Shown here in pieces: positions 15,852 to 23,852 of a DNA stretch of 51,549 nucleotides. The position numbers and the translations under genes are program-made. The stretch is from Burkholderiaceae bacterium. GTDB taxonomy: Bacteria > Pseudomonadota > Gammaproteobacteria > Burkholderiales > Burkholderiaceae_C. The DNA is taken from the NCBI GenBank assembly GCA_036568605.1, contig DATCSE010000038.1, positions 1-51,549 of the forward strand. Direction: 5' to 3'. The notes below the pieces were generated by a model. That model was not told the DNA's origin and did no database searches. It was given only the letters and a program-made list of their open reading frames with translations. Within the stretch, counting starts at the first letter, position 1. The number at the start of each line of letters is the position of its first letter.

Positions 15852-17222
15852 ATGAAGATCGGAAGCCACGAACTCCTGACCACGATGCCGGCCGCCGCGA
15901 ACGCGAACGCGAACGGCAATGGCCCCAGCATGGCCTCGAGCTCGAACTTCGCCGCGCTGCTGCAGCAGCAACAGAACCGTGCCCCGGTGGTCGCGCCAGC
16001 GCCGTCAGCGATGCCGACGCCGCAGGCCCGTCCCTCGCAGGCTCACGCGGCAATCGAAGAACCGGAGCCGGCGACGAACGAGGCGGCCGCCAAGCCGGAA
16101 TCCGACGCGACCGACGACACGACGCCCAGCGACGCCGCCGCCCCGCAGACCCGCCCCGCGGCCAAGCCGCGCATGCGCGGCAACGACGCGCCGACGGCAA
16201 GCCGCACCGCTCGCGACGCTCGCAACGACGGCTCCGGCACCGAATCGGCCGATTCGGCGCGCCGCGATCACACTGCCGTGCGCGAGGGCATGACCGACAC
16301 GGCGACGACGAACGACCCGAAGACCGGCACTGCCGAGGGCAACAGCACGCTGCCGAACTGGCTGGCGGGGCTGCTGCCGTCGCCTGCGCAACCGACGACC
16401 GCGGGCAGCGCCTCCGGCACTGCGGCCGACGCGGCCGCCGAGCTCGACGCGGCCGACGCGCCGAACGCGGGCGGCAGTCGCGGCCGCGGGCTGTCGCTGG
16501 CTGCCGGCCGCAAAGCCGGCGCGCACGACACCGCCGCGAGCACCGAGCTCGATACGCTCGCCGCAGCGACGAGGGACAACAACGGCGCTGCGTCAGCAAC
16601 GTCCAACTTCACGACGCTGCTCGCCGAGCAGCAGAGCCGCGCCGAGCCCGCCGGTGCGCGTGGCGACGCGAGCCAGCACGACCGGATCGACGCAAGTACG
16701 GCGCTGGCCCACGGCGCGACGGCCGCAGCCGCGACAGCGACCCCCAGCGGCACCGCTGCTGCGGACGCGAGCGGCACCAGCGCTGCGCATGTGCGCGCCG
16801 CCGTCGGCTCGCCCGAGTTCCCGCAGGAACTCGGCGTGCAGCTCAGCGTGCTCGCACGCGACGGCGTGCAGCAGGCCGAGCTGCACCTGAACCCGGCCGA
16901 GATGGGGCCGGTGTCGGTGCAGATCGTGATGGATGGCACACAGGCGCGCATCGACTTCGGCGCCGACGTCGCCGCGACGCGCCAGGCGATCGAGGCCGGG
17001 CTGCCCGAGCTCGCGAGCGCACTGCGCGATGCCGGCTTCACCCTCGCCGGCGGTGGCGTGTCGCAGCACGCCGGCGGCCGCCAAGGGTCGGACGGCGACA
17101 CGAGCCGCCGCGATGGCGGCAGTACGCGCCGCATCGGCGGCAGCGCGGCCGACGAAGGCGGCAGCACCGCACGCGTGATGCGCACGCGCGTCTCGGCCGG
17201 CGGCGTCGACCTGTACGCCTGA
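15852..17222 (+). CDS. fliK: Flagellar hook-length control protein FliK
   Basis: Ala/Pro/Thr-rich disordered N-terminal part. Conserved C-terminal domain: EFPQELGVQLSVLARDGVQQAELHLNPAEMGPVSVQIVMDGTQARIDFGADVAATRQAIEAGLPELASALRDAGFTL. Confidence 0.88.
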   Translation: MKIGSHELLTTMPAAANANANGNGPSMASSSNFAALLQQQQNRAPVVAPAPSAMPTPQARPSQAHAAIEEPEPATNEAAAKPESDATDDTTPSDAAAPQTRPAAKPRMRGNDAPTASRTARDARNDGSGTESADSARRDHTAVREGMTDTATTNDPKTGTAEGNSTLPNWLAGLLPSPAQPTTAGSASGTAADAAAELDAADAPNAGGSRGRGLSLAAGRKAGAHDTAASTELDTLAAATRDNNGAASATSNFTTLLAEQQSRAEPAGARGDASQHDRIDASTALAHGATAAAATATPSGTAAADASGTSAAHVRAAVGSPEFPQELGVQLSVLARDGVQQAELHLNPAEMGPVSVQIVMDGTQARIDFGADVAATRQAIEAGLPELASALRDAGFTLAGGGVSQHAGGRQGSDGDTSRRDGGSTRRIGGSAADEGGSTARVMRTRVSAGGVDLYA

Positions 17223-17402
17223 CGGTTCGCGAGGGGCTGACTGCCCCCTTCGCGGCCTGCCGGACTGGCCGCGAAATCCCCTGCTTATCGCTGCTTCTGC
17301 CGCGCCCCCCACTTTGACAATGCCTTCCATGGCGAAGGCTGTGCGCGCTTGGGCGCGGCATCTCCTTCGCAAGAACCGACAACGAAGACCAAGGAGTGAC
17401 CC

Positions 17403-18068
17403 GTGGCTGCTGCCGCTGCTGTTCCCGCTGCCGATGCCAACGTCGCCGCACCGGCGAAGAAGGGCAAGAAGAAGCTCTTCATCATGCTCGCGATCGGCGT
17501 GCTGGTGCTGCTGCTGGCCGGCGCCGGCGCGGTCCTGGTCCTGAAGAAGAAGGCGGCCGCGCAGGACGCCGACGACGGCGAAGACGGTAGTACCGCCGCC
17601 GCAGCCACCCACAAGGTCGAGAAGCCCGACCTGAAGCACCCGCCGGTGTTCCTGCCGCTGGACCCGTTCGTCGTGAACCTGGCCGACAAGGAAACCGACC
17701 GCTACGCGCAGATCGGCATCACGCTCGAGGTCGAGGACCCGAAGTTCGGCGAGCTGCTGAAGACCTACATGCCGGCGATCCGCAACGCGATCCTGCTGAT
17801 CCTGGCGCAGAAGTCGTCGGCCGACCTGCTCGACCGCCCCGGCAAGGAGAAGCTTGCCGGCGAGATCCAGCGCGAAGCGGCGCGGGTCATGGGCTACGAG
17901 GTCGACGAACCCGAAGCGCCCAAGGCCGCAGCCAAGGAAGAGGCGAAGGCCGACGGTGCGAAGACCGGTGACGACGACGAGAAGCCCAAGGCGAAGAAGA
18001 AGCGCCGCGCGAACGTCGAGCCCAACCCGATCAAGCACGTGCACTTCTCGAACTTCATCATTCAGTGA
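17403..18068 (+). CDS. fliL: Flagellar basal-body-associated protein FliL (with a charged C-terminal insertion)
   Basis: GTG start, 6 nt after AAGGAG. Single TM (LFIMLAIGVLVLLLAGAGAVLVL). FliL core VFLPLDPFVVNLAD....RYAQIGITLEV....... and the ending HVHFSNFIIQ. Confidence 0.88.
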   Translation: MAAAAAVPAADANVAAPAKKGKKKLFIMLAIGVLVLLLAGAGAVLVLKKKAAAQDADDGEDGSTAAAATHKVEKPDLKHPPVFLPLDPFVVNLADKETDRYAQIGITLEVEDPKFGELLKTYMPAIRNAILLILAQKSSADLLDRPGKEKLAGEIQREAARVMGYEVDEPEAPKAAAKEEAKADGAKTGDDDEKPKAKKKRRANVEPNPIKHVHFSNFIIQ

Positions 18069-18122
18069 TCATGACTGCAGCCATCGCCAACGCGCGGGCC
18101 GAGCGCCGGGCCGCTCACAAGC

Positions 18123-18172
18123 CGGCCCGCATCCCCTCGGGGGATCGACCGACGTACTCGTCGGGCGAGGGG
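18123..18172 (+). repeat. Structured intercistronic element (family B), copy 1, directly upstream of fliM
   Basis: CGGCCCGC + hairpin ATCCCC-TCG-GGGGAT + hairpin CCGACG-TACT-CGTCGG + CGAGGGG. It matches the reverse complement of 46765-46814 at 46 of 50 positions. Confidence 0.85.
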
Positions 18173-18177
18173 CTCAC

Positions 18178-19182
18178 ATGAATCAGCAGATCCTCTCGCA
18201 AGACGAAGTCGACGCGCTGCTGCAAGGCATCACCGGCGAGAGCCAGAAGCTCGAGCCGGAAGAGGTCGAAGCCGGCGCGATCCGCACGTATGACATCTCC
18301 AGCCAGGAGCGCATCGTCCGCGGCCGCATGCCGACGATGGAGATCATCAACGAGCGCTTCGCCCGCAACATCCGCATCGGCCTGTTCAACTTCATCCGCA
18401 AGAGCCCGGAGATCGCGATCGGCAGCATCAAGGTGCAGAAGTACAGCGCCTTCCTGCGCGAGATCGTCGTGCCGACCAACTTCAACATCGTCAGCGTGCG
18501 GCCGCTGCGCGGCTCGGGGCTGATCGTCTGCGACCCGACGCTGGTGTTCGCGGTGATCGATGCCCTCTTCGGCGGCGCCGGCAAGTACCACACGCGCATC
18601 GAGGGCCGCGACTTCTCGGCCACCGAGCAGCGCATCATCACGCGGCTGGTCGAGGTGATCACCGCCGAGTACAAGAAGGCCTGGCACGGCATCTACCCGC
18701 TGGAGCTGGAGTACCAGCGCTCGGAGATGCAGCCGCAGTTCGCGAACATCGCGACGCCCAGCGAGATCGTCGTCGCGACCAGCTTCACGCTGGAGATCGG
18801 CGACACCAGCGGCACGATCCACTTCTGCATTCCGTACGCGACGCTGGAGCCTATCCGCGACGTGCTGTATTCGACGATCCAGGGCGACGCGTCCGAGCCC
18901 GACCGGCGCTGGGTCAACCTGATGAAGCAGCAGATCCAGGCGGCCGAGGTCGAGCTGATCGCCGAGCTCGCGACCGCGCCGGCCACCGTCGAGCAGCTGC
19001 TCGCGTTCAAGGTCGGCGACTTCGTCGAGCTCGACCTGGCGCAGACGATCGAGGCCAAGGTCGCCGGCGTGCCGGTGCTGGACTGCAGCTACGGCACATC
19101 GAACGGACGCTATGCGCTGAAGGTCAATCAATTGCTTGCCAGCTCGCCGCAGACCTGGCTGGGAGAATCGCATGTCAACTGA
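18178..19182 (+). CDS. fliM: Flagellar motor switch protein FliM
   Basis: MNQQILSQDEVDALLQG is the CheY-P binding N-terminus. ...ERFARNIRIGLFNFIRK... Start ATG 18178 lies inside a longer ORF. Confidence 0.96.
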   Translation: MNQQILSQDEVDALLQGITGESQKLEPEEVEAGAIRTYDISSQERIVRGRMPTMEIINERFARNIRIGLFNFIRKSPEIAIGSIKVQKYSAFLREIVVPTNFNIVSVRPLRGSGLIVCDPTLVFAVIDALFGGAGKYHTRIEGRDFSATEQRIITRLVEVITAEYKKAWHGIYPLELEYQRSEMQPQFANIATPSEIVVATSFTLEIGDTSGTIHFCIPYATLEPIRDVLYSTIQGDASEPDRRWVNLMKQQIQAAEVELIAELATAPATVEQLLAFKVGDFVELDLAQTIEAKVAGVPVLDCSYGTSNGRYALKVNQLLASSPQTWLGESHVN

Positions 19183-19606
19183 CAAGAACAGCAGCACGCA
19201 ATCGGCCGAGGACGCGATGGCCGCCGAATGGGCCGCCGCGCTCGCCGAGTCCAAGCCCGAGACCGCCTCCGAGGTGCAGACCGACCAGATCGCGCCGGCC
19301 TCGTTCCAGAACTTCGCGCCGACCGGTGCGGCCGGTGCCGGCAACGACATCAGCATGATCCTCGACATCCCGGTGCAGCTCACCGTGGAGCTGGGGCGCA
19401 CGCGGATCCCGATCAAGCACATCCTGCAGCTCGCGCAGGGCTCGGTCGTCGAGCTCGACGCGCTGGCCGGCGAACCGATGGACGTGCTGGTCAACGGCTA
19501 CCTGATCGCGCAGGGCGAGGTCGTCGTCGTCAACGACAAGTTCGGCATCCGGCTGACCGACATCGTCACGCCCAGCGAACGCATGCGCCGGCTGAGCCGC
19601 GGCTGA
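19172..19606 (+). CDS. fliN: Flagellar motor switch protein FliN
   Basis: C-terminal SpoA domain ILDIPVQLTVELGRTRIPIKHILQLAQGSVVELDALAGEPMDVLVNGYLIAQGEVVVVNDKFGIRLTDIV. Overlaps fliM by 11 nt. Confidence 0.95.
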   Translation: MSTDKNSSTQSAEDAMAAEWAAALAESKPETASEVQTDQIAPASFQNFAPTGAAGAGNDISMILDIPVQLTVELGRTRIPIKHILQLAQGSVVELDALAGEPMDVLVNGYLIAQGEVVVVNDKFGIRLTDIVTPSERMRRLSRG

Positions 19607-19608
19607 TC

Positions 19609-20004
19609 GTGAATGCCGCCAGTGGTTTGACCTCGCTGGTCTGGTTCATCGCGATCATCGCGCTGATCCCGGTCGCGCTGTGGCTGCTGAAGCGCACGCC
19701 GATGGGCGGCGGCGCAGGCCACCAGCACCTGCGCAGCATCGCGGCGCTGCCGCTGTCGACGAACCAGCGCATCGTGACCGTCGAGGTCGGCCAGGGCGAA
19801 TCGCGCCGCTGGCTGGTGCTGGGCGTGACGGCGCAGAGCATCACGACTCTGCACACGATGGAACCGCAGGACGACTTCCGGGCTGACGTATCGAAGCCCC
19901 TCGCGCCCTTCGATACCTCGGTGCGAACGGGTGCAGCTGGCTCCGTGTTCTCCCAACTGCTCAACAAGCTGCACCGCGATCGAGGCAACGACGATGGCCG
20001 CTGA
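19609..20004 (+). CDS. fliO: Flagellar biosynthesis protein FliO
   Basis: GTG start, 2 nt after the fliN stop. Single TM ([18 protein letters not shown]), followed by [44 protein letters not shown]. Confidence 0.8.
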   Translation: MNAASGLTSLVWFIAIIALIPVALWLLKRTPMGGGAGHQHLRSIAALPLSTNQRIVTVEVGQGESRRWLVLGVTAQSITTLHTMEPQDDFRADVSKPLAPFDTSVRTGAAGSVFSQLLNKLHRDRGNDDGR

Positions 20005-20671
20005 CCTGCCCCTCGTGGTCGCGCAGAGCGCCGGCGGCACCAGCTACTCGGTGCCGATCCAGACGCTGCTGTTCTTCACGGCCCTGAGCTTCCTGCCCGC
20101 GGTGCTGCTGCTGATGACCGGCTTCACGCGCATCGTGATCGTGCTAAGCCTGCTGCGCCAGGCGCTGGGCACGCAGGCGGCGCCGCCGAACCAGGTCGTC
20201 ATCGGGCTGAGCCTGTTCCTGACCTTCTTCGTGATGGGGCCGACGATCGACAAGGTCTACACCGAGGCCTACCAGCCGTATGCCGAGAACAAGATCCAGT
20301 TCGACGAGGCCTTGAGGCGCGGCGAAGTGCCAATGCGCGCGTTCATGCTGAAGCAGACGCGCCAGGCCGACGTGATGCTGTTCGCCAAGCTCGCGAAGAT
20401 CGACGCCTCGGTCAAGACCGAGAACGTGCCGTTCAAGGTGCTGGTGCCGGCGTTCGTCACCAGCGAGCTGAAGAGCGCGTTCCAGATCGGCTTCCTGATC
20501 TTCATCCCGTTCCTGATCATCGACATGATCGTCGCGAGCGTGCTGATGAGCCTGGGGATGATGATGCTGAGCCCGGTGCTGATCGCACTGCCGTTCAAGC
20601 TGATGCTGTTCGTGCTGGCCGATGGCTGGAACCTGCTGCTGGGTTCGCTGGCGGCGAGCTTCGTCACGTAG
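19994..20671 (+). CDS. fliP: Flagellar type III export gate protein FliP
   Basis: [56 protein letters not shown] and the rest are canonical. Overlaps fliO by 11 nt. Confidence 0.96.
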   Translation: MAADLPLVVAQSAGGTSYSVPIQTLLFFTALSFLPAVLLLMTGFTRIVIVLSLLRQALGTQAAPPNQVVIGLSLFLTFFVMGPTIDKVYTEAYQPYAENKIQFDEALRRGEVPMRAFMLKQTRQADVMLFAKLAKIDASVKTENVPFKVLVPAFVTSELKSAFQIGFLIFIPFLIIDMIVASVLMSLGMMMLSPVLIALPFKLMLFVLADGWNLLLGSLAASFVT

Positions 20672-20700
20672 ACATCGAGATCCAGAACAAAGCGCACACC

Positions 20701-20970
20701 ATGGACTCCCAACAAGTCTTCACCGCCGGCCAGCAAGGCCTGTACATGCTGCTGATGGTCTCGGCGCCCATCCTGCTGACCGTGCTGGTCGTCGGCCTGG
20801 TGGTCAGCATCTTCCAGGCCGCGACGCAGATCCACGAGGCGACGCTGTCGTTCGTGCCGAAGATCGTCGCCGCGGTCGCGGTGCTCGCGATCGCCGGGCC
20901 GTGGATGCTGACCAGCCTGGTCGAGTACATCCAGCGCACGCTGCAGTCGATTCCGACGGTGGTCGGCTGA
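20701..20970 (+). CDS. fliQ: Flagellar export gate protein FliQ
   Basis: 89 aa, with LLMVSAPILLTVLVVGLVVSIFQAATQIHEATLSFVPKI. Confidence 0.96.
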   Translation: MDSQQVFTAGQQGLYMLLMVSAPILLTVLVVGLVVSIFQAATQIHEATLSFVPKIVAAVAVLAIAGPWMLTSLVEYIQRTLQSIPTVVG

Positions 20971-20977
20971 TGCAGGC

Positions 20978-21061
20978 CCTCACCCCGGCCCTCTCCCGCA
21001 AGCGGGAGAGGGAGTGCGACTTGTCCCCTCTCCCGCTTGCGGGAGAGGGCTAGGGTGAGGG
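20978..21061. repeat. Compound REP-like palindromic element (family A), fills the fliQ-fliR gap
   Basis: Outer arms CCCTCACCCC(20978-20987)/GGGTGAGGG(21053-21061). Inner hairpins are 20989-21012 (loop-side CAAG) and 21026-21049 (loop-side CTTG), the same architecture as 13778-13873. Confidence 0.9.
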
Positions 21062-21068
21062 TCGTCGC

Positions 21069-21830
21069 GTGCTCACGTTCACCGATACCCAGGTCCTCGC
21101 CTGGATCACGCCGCTGCTGTGGCCGTTCTTGCGCGTGCTCGCGCTGTTCGGCGCGCTGCCGGTGTTCGCCCAGCGCAGCGTGCCGATGCGCGTGCGCGTC
21201 GCGCTCGCGTTCCTGATCGCGTTCTGCGCGCAGGCGTCGCTGCCGGCGATGCCGGCGATCCCGCTGGACTCGGCCGCCGCAGTGCTGGCCGTGCTTCAGC
21301 AGGTGCTGATCGGCGTCTCGCTGGGTTTCGCGGTTCGGCTCGTGTTCGCCGCGGTCGAGTTCGCCGGCGAAATCATCGGCTTGCAGATGGGCCTGAACTT
21401 CGCCGGGTTCTTCGACCCGATGAGCGGCGGCCAGACCACCGCGGCCAGCCGCTTCTTCGGCGTCTCGGTGAGCTGGCTGTTCATCGTGATGGGCGGGCAC
21501 CTGCTGCTGATCGGTGCGGTCGTCAAGAGCTTCGACGCGTTCCCGGTCGGCCCGGACCCGTTTGCGTTCCTGCGCACCGTGCAGCCGCAGGTCTGGGGCG
21601 CGGAGGTGTTTCGCCTCGGGCTGTGGATCGCGCTGCCGCTGGTCGCGATGCTGCTGTTCGTGAACCTGGTGCTGGGGATCATCTCCCGCGTCGCGTCGCA
21701 GATGAACATCTTCGCGATCGGCTTCCCGATCACCGTCTCGATCGGCCTGATCGGCATGCTGCTGACGCTGCCGATGATGCAGGTGCCGTTCACGATGGCG
21801 CTGGAGCGCATGCTCGCGTATTTCCAGTAG
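21069..21830 (+). CDS. fliR: Flagellar export gate protein FliR
   Basis: 253-aa polytopic protein, with ...WPFLRVLALFGALPVF.....P.RVRVALAFLIA... GTG start, 7 nt after the repeat arm GGGTGAGGG. Confidence 0.93.
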   Translation: MLTFTDTQVLAWITPLLWPFLRVLALFGALPVFAQRSVPMRVRVALAFLIAFCAQASLPAMPAIPLDSAAAVLAVLQQVLIGVSLGFAVRLVFAAVEFAGEIIGLQMGLNFAGFFDPMSGGQTTAASRFFGVSVSWLFIVMGGHLLLIGAVVKSFDAFPVGPDPFAFLRTVQPQVWGAEVFRLGLWIALPLVAMLLFVNLVLGIISRVASQMNIFAIGFPITVSIGLIGMLLTLPMMQVPFTMALERMLAYFQ

Positions 21831-21954
21831 CGCCGGCAGTGGCGTCAGCGAGACGTCAGCAACAGGCCCTCGAATCGGCCGGCGCGCCGGACCTGCACTT
21901 GTTGTTGTCGTCGTCGCGCTGGCACAGCAGGCGATTTCCGAAAGGAGCCCCCCG

Positions 21955-22443
21955 ATGGCAGCGCTCACGACTCTCGGCATCGTGCACACCGCGATCAGCA
22001 TCGTCGCGCTGGTCAGCGGCGTCGTCGTGCTGATGCGCGACAGGCGGATCACCTCGGGCAGCGGCCTCGGTAAGCTGTACCTGATCTCGACCGTGCTGAC
22101 CGCGCTGACCGGGCTCGGCATCTTCCAGCACGGCGGGTTCGGGCCGCCGCACGTGCTCGCGATCCTGACCTTGCTGGCGATCAGCTTCGGCATCTTCGCC
22201 GAGCGCAGCCCGTTCTTCGGCGGCTGGGCGAAGTACCTGGTCGCGGTCGCCTACTCGGCGACCGTGCTGTTCCACTTCATTCCCGGCGTGACCGAGACCT
22301 CGACGCGGTTGCCGGTCGGCTCGCCGCTGCTCGCATCGGCCGAGGACCCGATCCTGCAGAAGGTCTACGGCGTGCTGTTCGTCGTCTTCGCGATCGGCCT
22401 GGTGCTGCAGCTGCGCTGGCTGCGCGCCGGGCCGGCGCGCTGA
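21955..22443 (+). CDS. Hypothetical integral membrane protein (4-5 predicted TM helices)
   Basis: 162 aa and strongly hydrophobic (IVHTAISIVALVSGVVVL, LYLISTVLTALTGLGIF, HVLAILTLLAISFGIF...). AAGGAG lies 7 nt upstream of the ATG. Confidence 0.7.
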   Translation: MAALTTLGIVHTAISIVALVSGVVVLMRDRRITSGSGLGKLYLISTVLTALTGLGIFQHGGFGPPHVLAILTLLAISFGIFAERSPFFGGWAKYLVAVAYSATVLFHFIPGVTETSTRLPVGSPLLASAEDPILQKVYGVLFVVFAIGLVLQLRWLRAGPAR

Positions 22444-22455
22444 GGAGGCGCGGCG

Positions 22456-23070
22456 GTGGCCACCACCACGCGCGGTTTCGGCGGGCGCCGCCCCGGTGCG
22501 CAAGAAGCGCAGCGGCTGCCGCCGGGCCAGCACGAGACGCACGACTTTCCGGTGCTCTCGCACGGGCCTACGCCGTTCGTCGACCTCTCGAGCTGGCGCT
22601 TCACGCTGAGTCACGGCCCGAGGCCGCTCGCGAGCTGGAGCTGGACCGAGTTCAACGCGCTGCCGCAGACGCGCTGGCAGGGCGACATCCATTGCGTGAC
22701 GACCTGGTCGAAGTTCGACACGCGCTGGCAAGGCGTGACGGTCGACGATCTCCTCGCGGTAGCCGGCGTCGCGGCGCCGACGCCGTATGCCCTCGCGCTC
22801 TCGCATGACGGCTACGACACCAACCTGCCCTGGGCCGACCTGCAAGGGGGCCGCGCGATGATCGCGACCCGCTACGACGGCGAGCCGCTTGCACCCGAGC
22901 ACGGCGGCCCGGCGCGCCTGCTGGTGCCGCACCTGTACTTCTGGAAGAGCGCAAAATGGATCGCCGGCCTGCGCTTCACCGAGCGCGACGAGGCCGGCTT
23001 CTGGGAACTGCGCGGCTACCACATGCGCGGCGACCCGTGGCGCGAGCAGCGCTACACGAACGATCCGTGA
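22456..23070 (+). CDS. Sulfite-oxidase-like molybdopterin-binding oxidoreductase
   Basis: PPGQHETHDFPVLSHGPTP...W.F....G......W.EF..LP......DIHCVTTWSK.DT.W.GV...D.........GYDTNLP......G......DGEPL..EHGGPARLLVPHLYFWKSAKW is typical of the Oxidored_molyb (YedY/SUOX-like) fold. Confidence 0.8.
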   Translation: MATTTRGFGGRRPGAQEAQRLPPGQHETHDFPVLSHGPTPFVDLSSWRFTLSHGPRPLASWSWTEFNALPQTRWQGDIHCVTTWSKFDTRWQGVTVDDLLAVAGVAAPTPYALALSHDGYDTNLPWADLQGGRAMIATRYDGEPLAPEHGGPARLLVPHLYFWKSAKWIAGLRFTERDEAGFWELRGYHMRGDPWREQRYTNDP

Positions 23071-23816
23071 GCGTCTCGACGAACGCCGCGCGGTGGCAGA
23101 CAGCGACGATCGCCGCGATCGAACCGCGCACGCCGCGCATCAAGAGCTTCTTCCTGCGCACGCCGCACCCCGTGGCTCACATCGCCGGGCAGCACGTCGA
23201 TGTGCGGCTGACCGCCGACGACGGCTATCAGGCGCGGCGCAGCTACTCCATCGCGTCGGCACCGGGCGTGGTGCCGATCGAGCTGGCGATCGACCGGCTG
23301 GACGACGGCGAGGTCTCGACCTACTTTCACGACACAGCCCAACCCGGCGACGCGTTCGAGCTGCTCGGCCCGATCGGCGGCCATTTCATCTGGCGCGCCG
23401 CGGAAGACGGCGGCCCGCTGCTGCTGGTGGCCGGCGGCTCGGGCATCGTGCCGCTGCTTGCGATGCTGCGCGAGCGCGCGCGGCAACGCGCGACCCTGCC
23501 GACGCTGCTCGTCTACTCGGCGCGCAGCTGGCCCGATATGGCGTTCGGCAACGAGTTGCTGGAGCTGGAAATGAACGACCCGAGCCTGCGGCTGCTGTTC
23601 GTGACGACCCGTGGCCCGCGACGTCGACCGCAGGACCGTGAGCAGCGACTCGATGCCGCGGCACTCGTCGAAGTCCTGGCCGCGTGGGGCTCCACGCCGC
23701 GCCATGCGTACCTGTGCGGCGCGACCCGCTTCGTCGAGGCCATGGCCGATGCACTGGTGCGCGCCGGCGTCGATGCGCCGGCCATTCGCGCTGAGCGCTA
23801 CGGCGGCGCGAGCTGA
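23067..23816 (+). CDS. FNR-like FAD/NAD(P)-binding oxidoreductase (ferredoxin reductase-type)
   Basis: RRSYSIAS (RxYS FAD motif) and LLLVAGGSGIVPLLAML (NAD motif). The GTG start overlaps the previous stop (GTGA at 23067-23070). Confidence 0.8.
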   Translation: MSVSTNAARWQTATIAAIEPRTPRIKSFFLRTPHPVAHIAGQHVDVRLTADDGYQARRSYSIASAPGVVPIELAIDRLDDGEVSTYFHDTAQPGDAFELLGPIGGHFIWRAAEDGGPLLLVAGGSGIVPLLAMLRERARQRATLPTLLVYSARSWPDMAFGNELLELEMNDPSLRLLFVTTRGPRRRPQDREQRLDAAALVEVLAAWGSTPRHAYLCGATRFVEAMADALVRAGVDAPAIRAERYGGAS

Positions 23817-23852
23817 CGACGGTCCAGTCGGTCAGCTCGCGCGAATCTCACG

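Noticed and set aside
17223-17300. The CGCGAGGGGCTGAC motif after fliK, which resembles the 3' end (CGAGGGGCT) of the family-B element.
   Set aside because: Only about 9 nt match. The two upstream hairpins of the element are absent and no start codon follows. It is more likely part of an imperfect fliK terminator hairpin (GCGAGGGGC...GCCCCCTTCGC).
17330-17344. A sigma-54-like TGGCGA-N5-GTGCG (GG-N10-GC spacing) upstream of fliL.
   Set aside because: Only the GG/GC dinucleotides and a partial flank match. No enhancer-binding-protein gene or sites are seen, and class II flagellar promoters in related beta-proteobacteria are generally FlhDC/sigma-70 dependent. The evidence is too weak to call.
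21879-21890. The self-complementary 12-mer CCGGCGCGCCGG after fliR, considered as a possible terminator.
   Set aside because: The stem is too short once a loop is allowed, and the downstream T-tract is poor (interrupted TTGTTGTTGTCG). It was not called as a terminator.
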